63,032 nucleotides of DNA, filler included, from Piptocephalis cylindrospora (GCA_003614145.1; 23 parts of 23 records of this genome joined end to end with filler, not necessarily neighbours in it); one strand, 5' to 3'. Counted from the first letter of the whole stretch, positions 11,884 through 25,519 are shown. The notes: generated by a model not told the origin, from the sequence alone. Program-made: numbers and translations.

Positions 11884-12978
11884 TCACACGATATGGGAGA
11901 TGGGAGAGAGGGCACGGGAGAGGGCGGTGATGTGGGCTGGGGTGGTCATGCAGCAGCCTCCGAGAAGAAGGAGTGGGGGGGATGGGCCGGAGCCGGATCT
12001 GACCTGACGGACCAGATGAGCAGCCCATCGCTCTGGGCCGGTGTAGGCGCCGTCCGAGCCAGCTTGGGGGTTACCTTCCTCGGGCTCCTCAAGCCATCGG
12101 CAGCCCTGAACGTCCCAAACCATACCATTTGGACAGCAGAAGAGGGCGGGGGAGTAGGGGAAGGAGGGGGAGGAGAGGAGGGGATGAAGGGCGATGGAGA
12201 TGGGGGAGCAATTAATGCCCATGGCAGCCAGATGGGGGATGGGATGGAGGAGGGAGAAGAGGTCGGGGAGGGGCTCGCCCGTGGAGGATTCCCCGAGTTT
12301 GGACCCGACCAGGGAAAGAATGGACCAGATACCACTGTGGACATGGGCGGGTTCGGTGAGGGCCTGGGCAATGGCACGGGTCTCAGAGAGACTAGGGACG
12401 GTTTCGATGGCAAGGCAAAAGTCCGAGAGACCTAGGATGGCGGCGGCCTCCCGAACCTGGGCTAGACGGGACTTCCAGGAGGAGGCGACACGTTCCTCGG
12501 ACCAACCGGGATAGTCACCGGAATATTCTCGGCCCCCGCCGAGTTGGGCGCCGGTGGAGCCCATGGAAATGGCGATGACGCGAGTGCCAGCTTCTGGATG
12601 ACGTGCATAGTACATTTCGCGGGCATCTATGGCAGCTTTGATGGCCACGGTCATGAGGCCGACCGGGGTTATGGGCGGGTCGGCGGGGAGGGGCGTCGCC
12701 TCGGCGGTGGCAAGCTCAACGGCCCGGGCGATGCTGGTTTCAGAAAGCTGGTAGGTGGCGGTGGTGATGATCTGGGCACCGGCCTCAAGATACTGGAGAT
12801 GGGCATCCTGGATGATGCTGGGGTGGGTGACGATCAGACTAGCGTTCCACATGGCCTTGGCCAAGGGGCTGGATGAGTCGAGATGGTCCTGAAGCAGGGT
12901 TCCTAGACCGCCGTCCACCACGATCACGCCTTGATGAGTGGGGAGGGACTGGAGAGGATTGGGAAAGGCTTGGGACAT
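11884..12978 (-). CDS. Homocysteine S-methyltransferase (Sam4/Mht1/MmuM family)
   Basis: VVDGGLGT, YLEAGAQIITTATYQ, EYSGDY, GINC and the GGCC zinc ligands. Intronless, 364 aa. Confidence 0.92.
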   Translation of the reverse strand: MSQAFPNPLQSLPTHQGVIVVDGGLGTLLQDHLDSSSPLAKAMWNASLIVTHPSIIQDAHLQYLEAGAQIITTATYQLSETSIARAVELATAEATPLPADPPITPVGLMTVAIKAAIDAREMYYARHPEAGTRVIAISMGSTGAQLGGGREYSGDYPGWSEERVASSWKSRLAQVREAAAILGLSDFCLAIETVPSLSETRAIAQALTEPAHVHSGIWSILSLVGSKLGESSTGEPLPDLFSLLHPIPHLAAMGINCSPISIALHPLLSSPSFPYSPALFCCPNGMVWDVQGCRWLEEPEEGNPQAGSDGAYTGPERWAAHLVRQVRSGSGPSPPLLLLGGCCMTTPAHITALSRALSPISHIV

Positions 12979-13939
12979 GGTGTGGTGTGGTGTGGGGTAG
13001 TGTGAGCTGGGTGGGGAAGACGGGCCTGCCAGGGATGGAGTGGGGGGAGAGACGTTGATATATGGTTGAGGCGGAAAGCCGGGTCAGGGAAAGAAGAAAC
13101 AAGGACGGACTGGTCGGAGGATGAGGATCATGAGGGGATTCGGGGGCATCTGAGATGGAGACGGGAATGGAGGGCCGATGTAGTGAGTCATGACTGTCGG
13201 ACTTGTTAAGTAGGGATGGGAAGGGTGGGACAAGGCGGAGCAGCAGGAGAGGCCCATGTCTCCACGCCATCATCATGACTGTATGCTGTGGCAAGGAGGG
13301 ATTGGCAGGGTCTGCAAGCAGGGAGGGATGTGTGTGTGTGTGTGTATGTGTATATGTATGTGTGAGTGTATGAGATGTAAAGGGGCCATATCTATCATGA
13401 GAGATGGAAAGAGGGGGTGGATAGGTGTAATGAACATGGCTATGCAGGACTGGAGGCAGGGCCTGTGTCCTGTAAGCATTGGCCTTTTCTCCTCCAAGTC
13501 TTACGGGACACAGTCCAGCGGAGGAGATAAGATGGGATGGGAGATGGGGAGAGAAAGGACAAGATGAGGAGATGGTGGATACGCTAAGCATGAGCAACGA
13601 AAGGGCTTGATGGTGATCTGATCTTTCGAGGCATAAGACCGGGTATTTGGAGGAGACGTGAGGGAGAGAGAGAGAAAGAGAGGGGGGGGAAGCAAAGTAT
13701 CCAATAGAAAGCAGGATGAGGATGCAGTGGTGATTTGTTTAATGTTCTAAAATTCGAGAGCGAAATAGCAATTACCATCCTCATCACCATCCTCGGTATG
13801 AAGAATAGTACGCTTCCAAATGGATCAGTGGTCATGGGANNNNNNNNNNNNNNNNNNNNNNNNNNNNNNNNNNNNNNNNNNNNTTAATTAATTAANNNNN
13901 NNNNNNNNNNNNNNNNNNNNNNNNNNNNNNNNNNNNNNN

Positions 13940-16507
13940 TCATCGCAACCCCCTCTAAACCCACCTTCCCTCACACTTCCACCTCCGTTTCCACACCCGG
14001 TCCCCCTTTGACCCCTACCTCAGGGACACCCAACCCCAAAACCTCGACGCTACGTCTCTATCCCTTTGACCCCATCCCGGCCCCTTCTCCTACCGAGTCC
14101 ACCGACTCCCCCTGCCCCACCACCCTACTCCGCCCGGTCTGGAAGGTGGAGGAGGCCAGGGTCGCCCATGCGGGGGCCACCGTGACCAAGGTCGTGTGGG
14201 ATGGTACGGGGGAATACTTGGCCTCTGGGGATACCCTTGGACGGGTCGTGCTTTGGAGGCAAAAGGTACGTTCCCCATTGTCGACCCTGAGTATAGGGAA
14301 AAGAGGAGATGACTCACCCGTTTCATCTCTCTTCCTCATCGAAATTATAGGATTGCGTGGATGAATGGAAAAGAATCAGCAGTATTCAACTTCCATCTCC
14401 TCCATTAGCTATGGGATGGTTCCATCCAGGCAGGGTTTGTCGGATAGCCAATGCCTCGGGGACTCCATGCCTCTCCCATCATACCCTTGGGCCGACAAAT
14501 CCTCTTGGTCGATTAGGCCTCTGTGTCCTTACCCTAACGGGTTCCCTTTACTGCCTACTTCAGAGTGATGCGGATACCTTTATTACTCCCCACACCCTAC
14601 TCCCTATCCAAGAGGGAGAGGGGGACAAGGATGCTGGATCTGGAAAGGAGAATTCCATGGAGATGGACGAGAAAAGGGAAGATACTGTCACGAGTGAGAA
14701 GGACGGAAAGGATGCAATGAAGGATGAGAAAGAGCAAGGGAAATCGGCCACCTTTCCCTGGAACGAGTGGACCATGGCGGATATTCACCTAAAGAACGAT
14801 GGGATCCTCCTTTTCGCCTCTTCCCCATGCACAGAAAAGAGCCAGGAAGGGGGAATGGTGGGGGTCTGGAGTATCTGGGTGGAGGAGGAGATGGATGGGG
14901 ATGTTCGAGTACGCGGTAGGCTATCGGACCTAACCAGGATACAGGGCCCTCCTTCTCCCTCCACCATGACCTCTTCCTCCCTGGAATCAACCTTTCTCCC
15001 CACCTCCCTTCAAGCCCTGGTCCTTTCAGGAGATCGCTTGGGTTTAGCGGGTGCATGGGTCACCCACCGTACTTTAGATGGAGGGTCCAATGGTATGGTG
15101 GATGAAGAAGGAAAGAGGAGCGGGGATGAATCCCTCTCTTCCCTCTCTTCCTCCTCCTCGTCTTCCTCCACCGCCTCTACCTCATCCTCTTCCCTCTTTC
15201 TATGGGAGGTGAAAGAACCCACAGATCCGACCTTACTTGGTGGGACCCTGCGTGAGGATCGTGTGATCCCCTTTGCCGGTAGGTGCATTACATGCCTCAC
15301 CGTCCATGAATCCCGGATTGGCCTTGGATTTGAGGATGGAGGTGTAGAGGTGAGGAATTGTGCAGAAGAGCCAGAAGGTATGGGCAAAAAGGATAGGGTA
15401 GAGACCAGGGTTTGGCCAAGTACCGATCCAATCTTGGATGTGACCTTCTCCCCGAATGGCACTTACTTGGCCGTCATGCTTGGTGGGGATGAACTCGCCC
15501 TGTGTCCCCTTCCATGGGATGGAGGGGGAGAGGAGAGGCTCAAGGCCCGTCTACTGGAAGGTATGATGAATCAGGTGGATTTGGATGATATGATTGGTCT
15601 TGTTCACCAGACTTGGTCTAGCTCTGGGGCCCCATCGAAAGGGGAGGGGGTGATCCGTCAGCTCTCTTCCACCCTCCTTTCCCCGGAAGTGCAAGGAAAG
15701 AGGGATACCACGGATTGGAGAGTGCTCGTATCTGAATGGGTAGATCGACTGGTCGTGTCCTTGTATCGGTGGGTGATAATCAGTTGTTGGAAGGGGATGT
15801 TGGCTTTGTACTGATTCATCTTCTCTCTCCCCCTCTCTCTTTTGTAGACACTCAAGCAAAGAAAGAATTATGTACCAGTGTGCTCATGCTAGGTTACAAC
15901 TGGGTGCAGCCAAGGACGCCTTTGACACCATCCTCCCCAGAGCCCCGGGTCTGGGCGGGACCACATCCATGGGATCAGGTCAGCTCCTCAGCACGTCCAT
16001 GTCCCTCTCCTCCTCCTCCTCATCCACCATCTCGGGAGGAGGAGGAAGTACGCCAGTTCTCCTTCCCATGAGTAGTGGAGAAACTAGTGGGGGATCCAAG
16101 ATTGAGGAGATCTCAGGCCCTTCTCCTCCCCCTGCCCAGGTCATTGGTGGGGGAGGGAGGATGGGCCTGGGATCGGTGATGGTTCGACCGGATGAAACCA
16201 GCGAACTCGCTATTGGAGAATGGGTTGGGTGGTTGGTGGAGCTGGGCGGGCGCATCACCCGTGATCTCTATGCCACTCTTCACACTCGAAGCTTTAATGG
16301 GATCAAGGAGGGGGGACAGACTAGGGTGTGGGAGCCACAGGGCATGGCCGGGATGATCCTGGATCCAGTGACTCGAAAAACACTGTATGATGTAGCAGAA
16401 AGGGCGCTTAGAGTGGTGGAACGAGTTGAGAAGCGGTTGGAGAGAAGAATAGCGACGGACGGGTCAGCCGATTCCCTCTCCACGAACCAGGGTTCTGGAG
16501 CCGATGG
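13940..16507 (+). CDS. MED16: Mediator subunit Med16/Sin4-like, partial
   Basis: N-terminal WD-like VTKVVWDGTGEYLASGDTLGRVVLW, HHTLGP and FSPNG motifs. Introns at about 14266-14351 and 15769-15847. Confidence 0.7.
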
Positions 16508-16772
16508 NNNNNNNNNNNNNNNNNNNNNNNNNNNNNNNNNNNNNNNNNNNNTTAATTAATTAANNNNNNNNNNNNNNNNNNNNNNNNNNNNNNNNNNNNN
16601 NNNNNNNTTATCTATCCAGCGTCCGTGTGTCTCAGTGTACGTCTGCATCTCTTCCCCTCCCCTCCCCTGTTATCCCTTCCCCTTATAGCGTTGTTTTTGC
16701 ATCCTAAGCGCTCAAGTTTACCCCATCGGTCTCCCTGCCCCACATACATAATAAACCCGATAATTCAGTACC

Positions 16773-19229
16773 ATGCAGTGCCTCATTCATGAGGCCATGG
16801 CCTTTCCACGGTCAGGTATTCGGCAGCCGATATCTATCTTATCTCTTGTCCGTCTTGTCTTAATTTGCCTTGTCTTTTTGTCCTCTTTTACTTAGCGACC
16901 CTTTTCTGATTAGCACTCTTCCTCTGTTCAGTGACCGTCTTTGTTCCCCCCTTTGTCAATTCCACTATGGACAATCCATCCCAGATAGAGGAGGCAGGGC
17001 CTGATATCTCGTTGTGCTTCGCATCCTGCACCGTTACCTTTTATCATCAAGAAGCTTCAAGTCGGGTCCAGACTACATCCAATCAAGACCATCCCAATTC
17101 ATTATCTGAAGGGGTGGCTTCTCAAGGAAACAAGAGAAAAAGAGAAAGAGGCGCTTCGGGACCTGGCAAACCCGGCTCTATTTCCAAGTACCCTACGGCT
17201 CTGCAAACCCATGTTCGTCTACAAGAACAAGGAAGCACGCCATGTTTCCAGGGTGTCGTGTATGACCGGCCCATCTTTCAGCCCGTATCCAACCAGGGTA
17301 AGCTGATCTATAGAATAGGACTTCATCGGTCATTCTCTTACACTGACTAAGCAAAGACCCCTTCTCAGGTATCACACTAGATCCTAAGGCTACTATAGTT
17401 CACGTAGGGAGCGTTAGTATTCTAGCAGAGGGCGCTATGGATTCCTCCGCTAAAATTCCATGGGACACTTTGGGCCATCAGCCCTTATCCATCTTTCTGC
17501 CCACCCCGCTTACCCTATTTCGCACACTCTACCTCTATCTTCCAGACAATCAGGTTCAATCATTCCCTTCATTTGTTCTTGAGCTTAAACTGGATCAATC
17601 GACCTCCTCCGCTGCCGCCACTCTCTTTTCCTTCTTCCAGGCCATGGCTTCAGGACAATGCAAAGTGAATTGGAAGATCCAGCGTAATAAGGAAGGGATT
17701 AACCTTCACGGATCCCTGGACCTAGTGAAGCCCACCACCATATCATCTCCCAGAGCTTTATCTATTCAGCGTGATATCCTACTTGCTCTTCATCCGGTTG
17801 CATCTCCTCTAGGGTCAGATACTTCCGCCCCTCCCTCCTCCCTTCCTCTTTCTCGGGTCTTGTCACAGATGGTAGTACCAAGTGATAAGCCACTTCCAAA
17901 CCCCGAGTTGTACCAGCCTGATCAAGTCAATCTCTCCTTATTTCCTTATCAGCTTGAGGCGGTGGCTTGGATGCTCAAAAGAGAGGGGGTAGAGGACAAT
18001 TTTGGTCGACTAGCCCCCATGCAGGATACCGTAAACCTCATCGATTCGACCTATCCCATCATCCGTCCTTTACATCTCAACCGGGAATCATCCTCGGATG
18101 GATGGCTTTTTAATCATTTGACTGGTCATGTGTACGGTCCTGGAAGTAAAGAGCCGTGGAGTAACTTAAGGACTGGAGGTAAGAGCCGACTGAAGCATTT
18201 GAACGTGTATTAAGGCTTTTAATCTCATCCTAATGACATTGTTTAGGTATCCTTGCAGAGGAAATGGGTTTGGGAAAGACGGTAAGCTTTTCTAAAAGTA
18301 TCCGAGAGTATTTTTTTGCTTTTTAGCATGACTCATACGCCCTCATTTCCGGAAAAGTAGATTGAAATGCTCTCCTTGATTGTCCTTCATCCGAAATCTT
18401 TGGATAACGCTCGGAACGCCCCCTCCACTCTCTCTCTTCTCCCCTCCAATGCCACACTCATCGCCACTCCTTCTACCATCCAGAACCAGTGGGTCTCTGA
18501 ATGCAATAGACATGTTCCATCCCTGCACATCGCTACCTACCAGGGGATACCCAAGAGTCATAGTCGAGACCAAGCATATATCGAGCGTGAGACTACTCGG
18601 CTAGCCCAGGCAGACATTGTTCTCGTGAGTTACGATGTTCTTCGGAGGGAAGTACATTACGCCCGTCCTCCCTCCCAAATGGTCCGGCGGGGGAAAATAT
18701 CCGAAAGTCGTATCCCCCGTCCTCTTCTCTCTATTCTGTGGTGGAGAGTGTGTCTGGATGAGGCCCAGATGGTGGAGGGAGGCGTATCTACTGTTTCCGA
18801 GATGGCCTGTGCCATCCCTAGAATCCATAGGTGGGCCATTAGTGGAACCCCTTTCAAACATACTATTGGTGATATCCGTCAGGTCCTCCTCTTCCTTCAG
18901 CCTTTCCTCACCTCTCCCGCGGACTACAGCTGGCTTACTCAACCGGACCGTACACCCCTTCTTATTGCATTACTCATTCCGAGACTGCGTCGAAAGACTA
19001 AAGCTGAGGTGGAAGGAGAGGTTCATATACCTAGGCAGCACAGGCATGCTGTAGTCTTATCTATGACGCGACCGGAGCAGTATATTTACACCAAGACGGA
19101 GCGGGCGTGTCATGAAGAGCTAAGAGACTTTCTTTTTTCTTCCTCCCCACCCTCGGAAATAGCTAATCAGAGGGACGAATCCCAGATTCGCTTGGCTCAT
19201 CAATGGCTTTATCATCTTCGACAAATCTG
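16773..19229 (+). CDS. IRC20: SNF2-family helicase / E3 ligase SHPRH/Irc20, 3'-partial
   Basis: LFPYQLEAVAWMLKRE, GGILAEEMGLGKT (split by introns), ATLIATP, WWRVCLDEAQMV and HRWAISGTP. Confidence 0.87.
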
Positions 19230-19637
19230 GTAAGTAAAGAAAATACCTGAATTTTGTTAATCTTAAGGGAGAAAGGGGGAGGGGNNNNNNNNNNNNNNNN
19301 NNNNNNNNNNNNNNNNNNNNNNNNNNNNTTAATTAATTAANNNNNNNNNNNNNNNNNNNNNNNNNNNNNNNNNNNNNNNNNNNNCGATTACGTTAAAATG
19401 ATCGTATCCCCCACCCCCTCCTTTTCCTTACCCTGTTGCGACCATTCTTCGGATGATCAGGACTCAGCAATAACCCTGGTGTGGATGGACCGATCTATAG
19501 AAACGAGCGCTGATAAAGGCAGCAGTGCGGTACGTATCCAACCTGAGAGGCCGGCCTCATTCTTGGGACATCCTTGGGGTAGTCGCATAAAATGTATTCA
19601 GATAAGCTAGGCTATGAGAGACTCAACATACTTGCAT

Positions 19638-19669
<32 letters not shown>

Positions 19670-21037
19670 GCTACAGTTTAGTTCCGCTGTTAAAGAGGCT
19701 CCTAGAAGGATCTGAGAGAAAAAGCTGCCCCCCCTCTCCACAGAGCATATAAGCGCCGAAGGGATAGAGCGGCATACCTAATTAACTCCGCTCATCCCTC
19801 CGCTTTCCTCTCTTTGGTGCACCCTATTTAACCTACATGAACAGCGCAAGCAGCATATTGCATAGCGGGGAAAAAGGAGCAATAGGCTAAGCTGATCTCA
19901 ATGGACAAACGCCCCAGTATATATGCTTAATGCATATACCCCTTTGTTACAAAGGCTCAATAACTTATATTCCAGTAGGCGATAAACATAGTCACATTGA
20001 AACAGGCATGGTGTTTCGTCAAAATTACTGTTTATTCATCACCTGACCGTAAGCCTTAAACTTTCGAGCCTCAATCCACCAGCCATTTAGCTGGGAAAAC
20101 GAGTAGTATTAGGGTAAGGCGTAACACGCAGTACGTATGTCGAAGGAGAGAAATGTTCCGGAAGCATAGCCTTCCGTTATGTCAGGTGTATGAGGAGATG
20201 AGCCGAAAGAAATTAGGAGACGCAATGACGGAAGGTTGGATTTTGTCTGTTCACTTCATTGGTTAGATCGGCCGTCGCACTATAGGCAACGGAGTTGTAC
20301 GCATTAGTTGATGCACCGCGTCGAGTTCTTACTCCGACCCGTCGAATGATCATGGCTATAATTTGAAGGTGTCCCAATCACCAGTGTAAAAGTCCGCTTT
20401 AAGAGGCTTCGACAGAGGGTCATTGGATGATACAGCCAAGGTCGTGTAAAAATGAGACACACGAGCATACATCTTGAATACGTGCTTACAAACCATATAG
20501 CCAAGAAGGACAGGGAATACCATTAAGGCAAGCTGGCACTCAAGCTTGCTCAGCCATAAGCCATGATGCAATGGGTCCCCGCTCTAGGAGTCCAAGGCGT
20601 CTTGCTTGGACGGGGATGGTTGATTTAAAACAAGGCTGTGCAGATGAGGGACTAGATAGAAAGCTTTATGGATCGGCGCTTTTGCCTATTATTAAGCTGA
20701 TATTACGCATTATTGGCCATTGCTGGAAGGTAATACTACCGGTATCAACTGAGCCGAGGCAAACTCTGACTCCTATACCTTTGATCATCTATCATTCACC
20801 TACATTTAAACCAGGAGGATAGTTATCCTTCGTAACGGTAAAAAGAAATAAAATAAAATTCAAGGTAGATGGGTCCAAGGTGAAGAAGAGAAAAGAAAAA
20901 AATTCAACGGAAAAATGGGAAAGGGGGAGGGGCAAAGACCACAGTATAGTGACCCTTCTACACAGAGACTCTACTGTCAACTTGTACACGCCGAGAATCA
21001 AGCAATTTAGGAAGCAAAGGACAGTTGCATACAACAC

Positions 21038-21900
21038 TTACGCCATCTTCCCTGTCCCCATGCCCCTCTTCCCACCAGGCTTCTGGGCAAAGGTAGCATG
21101 GATGAACATATACGTTTCTGAATCCCAAAGCTCCCGCTGCCATGGACCAATGGTGGCCTCGAATCGGGAAGCAAGAGAATAGCTTCCAGCAGTTTGCAAT
21201 TGCAAGATAAGGAGCTCAAAGTAATTTCGACCATTTCGATACACCAGCTCTCCCAAAGGTCCACCCCAAGGGCCAACGGGGAGTTGGTAGCGCTTGTGGA
21301 TGGGATCAGGGAAGCCAGCCGCCTTAAAGACCCCGCTAAGAGATTCGATAGAGGCAAATGAGGTGTGGTCAAGTTCGAGAATATGGTTTAGACACCGGAG
21401 AAGCTCCTTCCCACAGGGACCCGTCTTGGCAATGCCCGTACTTTGACCCAGGGCCTCCAGCCAGCCTCCAGGGCGACACACCCGGAAGCACTCATGCATA
21501 AAGCCTTCCCATTTCTCCTCATTTAGGGCGCGATTGGCCTGACGAACAACAATCATATCAAAGGTATTGTCCGAGAAGGGAAGTTCTCCTGACATGATGT
21601 TGAAGAAGAATGACTGGCATTGTGGGGAGCTAGGCGGGGCCTCAGCGGATGGGTACAGATCGTGATAGGTGATCTTGGCCTCCGGATACAGGCGCATCAG
21701 TTGGGGCAAGGTGGCGAGTCCGTGGCCAGAAATGAAGAGGATTTTCTTGGGTGTCGTGGTGATGGGGGAAACAACAGGTCTCCGAATAACATAATCAAAG
21801 ATTTCGCTGATAGTCATGTTCTCCACCTCAAAGTCGGGTTCAGTGAAGACGGGGCAGAAAGCCTCATCGGAATTGACCGAGTCCTCACTGCGAAGAGTGC
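21038..21900 (-). CDS. Class I SAM-dependent methyltransferase-like protein (fungal LaeA/TdiE-like), 5' end unclear
   Basis: LPFSDNTFDMIVVR, ECFRVCRPGGWLE, AAGF and LPVGPWGG motifs. Motif I is degenerate (ILFISGHG). Confidence 0.8.
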
Positions 21901-22156
21901 CCCCCTTATCCTTTAAAGATCCTCCTGTACTGTTACTAAGTCCTTCAGCTTTGGATTGTGTCCTGCGAAGACGACTACGAGAAAATTTCGAGTGAATGGG
22001 GGGGGCACTCTTCGCAGTGAGGACTCGGTCAATTTAGCAGATGGTGGAGGACAAGTNNNNNNNNNNNNNNNNNNNNNNNNNNNNNNNNNNNNNNNNNNNN
22101 TTAATTAATTAANNNNNNNNNNNNNNNNNNNNNNNNNNNNNNNNNNNNNNNNNNNN

Positions 22157-22560
22157 AGTGGTAGTGTGTGTCTCGATGTCATCAATCAGACCTGGTCTCC
22201 CATGTTTGATATGATCAATATTTTTGAGGTCTTTCTCCCTCAACTTCTTCGCTATCCGAATGCCTCGGATCCCCTGAATGGGGATGCTGCCTCCCTTTTC
22301 ATCCGGGATAAGGAGGCTTATGAGGCCAAGGCTCGAGGTGAGTATCCGTGTCCGTGTTCGTGTTCCTGTCTGTGTCTGCCTCTACGTTTTTATTGACTTT
22401 TCATTTTCCTCCTCATCTTTCCTCGGTAGAATACGTTAAACTTTACGGGACCCCAGAGGCCATGGCCGCCGGAGAAGAGGATGAGAGTAGCGAGGAGGAT
22501 GAGATGAGTTCAGTCGAGTCCTTTTCCGATAGTGATGAGGCTGCCAACATGGATCTCTGA
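22157..22560 (+). CDS. UBC8: Ubiquitin-conjugating enzyme Ubc8/UBE2H, 3' part
   Basis: [35 protein letters not shown] with an acidic tail. Intron at about 22338-22428. Confidence 0.93.
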
Positions 22561-23522
22561 AAGAAAGAGTAAGGGACATGTGCAAGGACGGGGGTGGTGC
22601 GCAAGGAGGAGAGAGCGTGTATGATAAAATGTGGTTCATGCCCTTTTTTTTTCCTTTGACATCCTTCCCATCTCATTTTCATCCATGGGATGGAGGGGGA
22701 GAGAAGGAGCTAGCAGAGATGAAAAAGACATTCATCTCAAACCATCCTTGATTCGCTTTACTAAAACACCGATGGTGTGTTCTTTCCTCATCGTTACTCT
22801 AATAATAATAATCATAGCAACAATGGTAATAACGATACTAACAACAATCATGGTAAGCATTAGTCATTCATTCATCATTTAATCTATGCCAAGGAGCGAC
22901 GAGCATTATCCATATCTTGACCCTAAAACATCATGTCAACAGCACTATTCTACTATGAATAAATCATCCAGTTGAAAATTCATCGAATTTAAAACCTGTT
23001 TTCAACCTCAATTCACAATACATTTCTCTCTTACCTAACGGCGCACTCAGTCATATCATCAGGAATAAGCACAACTCTCCCCCTACCTCCCCCCCCCTCA
23101 TGACCATACCTACACCATCATCTGCACACACATACACATATACATACACACACACACACATATATATACACACACACACATACTGACAAGGCCATCTGGA
23201 CGCGTCCTCTCTTGTTACCACCTCATCTTGCTCATCCCCTCCCCCTCTAGTTCCAGCTCCTTCACCTCGTCTCATCTCCTCCCCTCCTCACTAAAAACCA
23301 GACACCTCAGCACCTCTCCTTCCTCCTCCCACTAACAATACCCGCTTGTCTCTTCCTCCTCGGATCCTTTCTTTTTCTCTTATCCCCATCTTTCCTCCCC
23401 AACGTTCCTTCTCCCCTCCTCTTTGTAGGGTTCACTACCGTGACTGGATAAAGCTACCGCTCCATCCCTTTCCTTTCCTGGACTCCTGATCCCTCAAATC
23501 CCCCCTCCCTCCCCTCTTTTCC

Positions 23523-24828
23523 ATGTCCAACCGCAGAGACGCATACAAATCCCAGGGGGCCTTCAAGGCGGATGACCTCCGTCGCCGTCGTGGTGAGGCT
23601 CAGGTGCAGATCCGTAGGCAGAAGCGGGAGGAAAGCCACACGAAACGTCGTAACATGACCGCCATCACGGCCACCTCGGACTCGGACGACGACTCGGACG
23701 ACCCCAACGGCATCGGCGCTTCCTCCTCCGGCCTTCACTCCCTCCCCAATGATGAACTTCCCGTCATGATGGCTAATATCTACTCGGAGGCCGACGAGGC
23801 CCAGTTGGATGCCACTACCAAGTTCCGGAAGCTTCTTTCCAAGGAACGTAACCCGCCCATTGAGGAGGTCATCTCCGCTGGGGTTGTTCCCCGCTTTGTG
23901 GAGTTCCTTAGGTCTCCTAATCCTCTCATCCAGTTCGAGGCTGCTTGGGCCCTTACCAACATCGCCTCGGGCACCTCCCAACAGACCAAGGTCGTCATGG
24001 ACGCCGGCGCTGTCCCCGTCTTCGTCTCCCTTCTCACTAGCCCTGTGGAAGATGTCAAGGAACAGGCCGTCTGGGCCCTCGGGAACATTGCCGGAGATTC
24101 CCCCAGTTGCCGGGATTACGTCCTGCAGGAAGGTGCCCTCATGCCCCTCCTCAACCTTCTGTCCAATAATAAGAAGATCAACATGCTTCGTAACGCCACT
24201 TGGACCCTCTCCAACTTTTGCCGCGGAAAGACCCCTCAACCCAGCTGGCCCATCATCTCCGCCGCCCTCCCCGTCCTTGCTCAACTTCTCTACTCCAACG
24301 ATGATGACGTCCTCACTGACGCCTGCTGGGCCATCTCCTACCTCTCCGACGGTGCCAACGAGAAGATCCAGGCCGTCATTGAGTCTGGTGTCTGTCGTCG
24401 CCTCGTCGAGCTCCTCATGTGCGCCTCCACCAATGTTCAGACCCCGGCCCTTCGATCCGTCGGCAACATCGTCACCGGTGATGATGTCCAGACCCAAGTC
24501 GTCATCAACTCGGGTGCCCTCCCCGCCCTCCTCTCCCTCCTCTCCTCTCCCAAGGAGGGGATCCGCAAGGAGGCTTGCTGGACCATCTCTAACATCACCG
24601 CCGGTAACCCCGCCCAGATCCAGGCCGTCATCGACGCTAACATCATCCCTCCCCTCGTCCACATCCTCCAGTTTGGTGATTTTAAGAGCAAGAAGGAGGC
24701 TTGCTGGGCCATCTCCAATGCCACCTCCGGTTCCACCCATCGTCCCGACCAAATCAGGTACCTCGTCAGCCAAGGTGTTCTTAAGCCCCTGTGTGACCTT
24801 CTCGTCTGCATGGACAACCGCATCATCA
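23523..24828 (+). CDS. SRP1: Importin alpha (karyopherin alpha), 3'-partial
   Basis: IBB domain LRRRR...KREE..KRRN and ARM repeats [37 protein letters not shown]. Confidence 0.97.
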
Positions 24829-25519
24829 NNNNNNNNNNNNNNNNNNNNNNNNNNNNNNNNNNNNNNNNNNNNTTAATTAATTAANNNNNNNNNNNNNNNN
24901 NNNNNNNNNNNNNNNNNNNNNNNNNNNNCCTCTGCTGCCAGGGGCCAGGGGGCTCTGGCAGCAACCAACCTTCTTGCCCTGCTTCACTCCACCTCCCCTC
25001 CCAATCTCACATCTTATGGTAAAACTTTAAGTCTGATCGTGGTACCCATTGGCCGGAATGATGGTGTGTTTGCCCTTCCCTTTATGGTTCTTGGTGGGTG
25101 GACGACGCGGATGCTCAAGGGCAAGGATTTCATGGTCGGAGCCTTTCGAAAGGAGGTTGGTCTTCCATCCTAACATGTGAACGAAAAAGTGGATCTTTTT
25201 CGATTGCGGAATACCATTTAAACACATAATGAACATTAAAAATGTAAGCCCAATCTCACAAAAATTGTATTTTTGGATGTTGTGTGTTCTTTTTTGTATG
25301 ATTCCGCCGAACTCAGCGGGTGTGATTTATTAGACTAGGGGGAGGCTAATTAGAGAGACAATTGCTGTGCCGGGTGATATGATGTGGGGAGATGAGTATA
25401 GGATCGACAGAATACTACAAACTAGACGCAAACACAGTATAAATCAGGGAGCGAAAAGAGAAAGGGAAACTGGACGAGAATAGGAGTATACTGATGAAAG
25501 GAAAAGGGAAGGATCGAAG

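Noticed and set aside
11351..12028. 225-aa minus-strand ORF
   Set aside because: Overlaps the spliced JJJ1 3' end on the + strand and the methyltransferase 3' end, and has no family motif.
21871..22034. Perfect 35-bp inverted repeat with a 94-nt spacer
   Set aside because: It lies within 60 nt of a contig end in an assembly with several inversion chimeras, so a template-switch artefact is more likely than a hairpin RNA.
23454..24773. Long antisense ORFs over importin-alpha, the KH gene, PDX2, RPL25 and others
   Set aside because: Shadow ORFs caused by strong C-ending codon bias on the sense strand.
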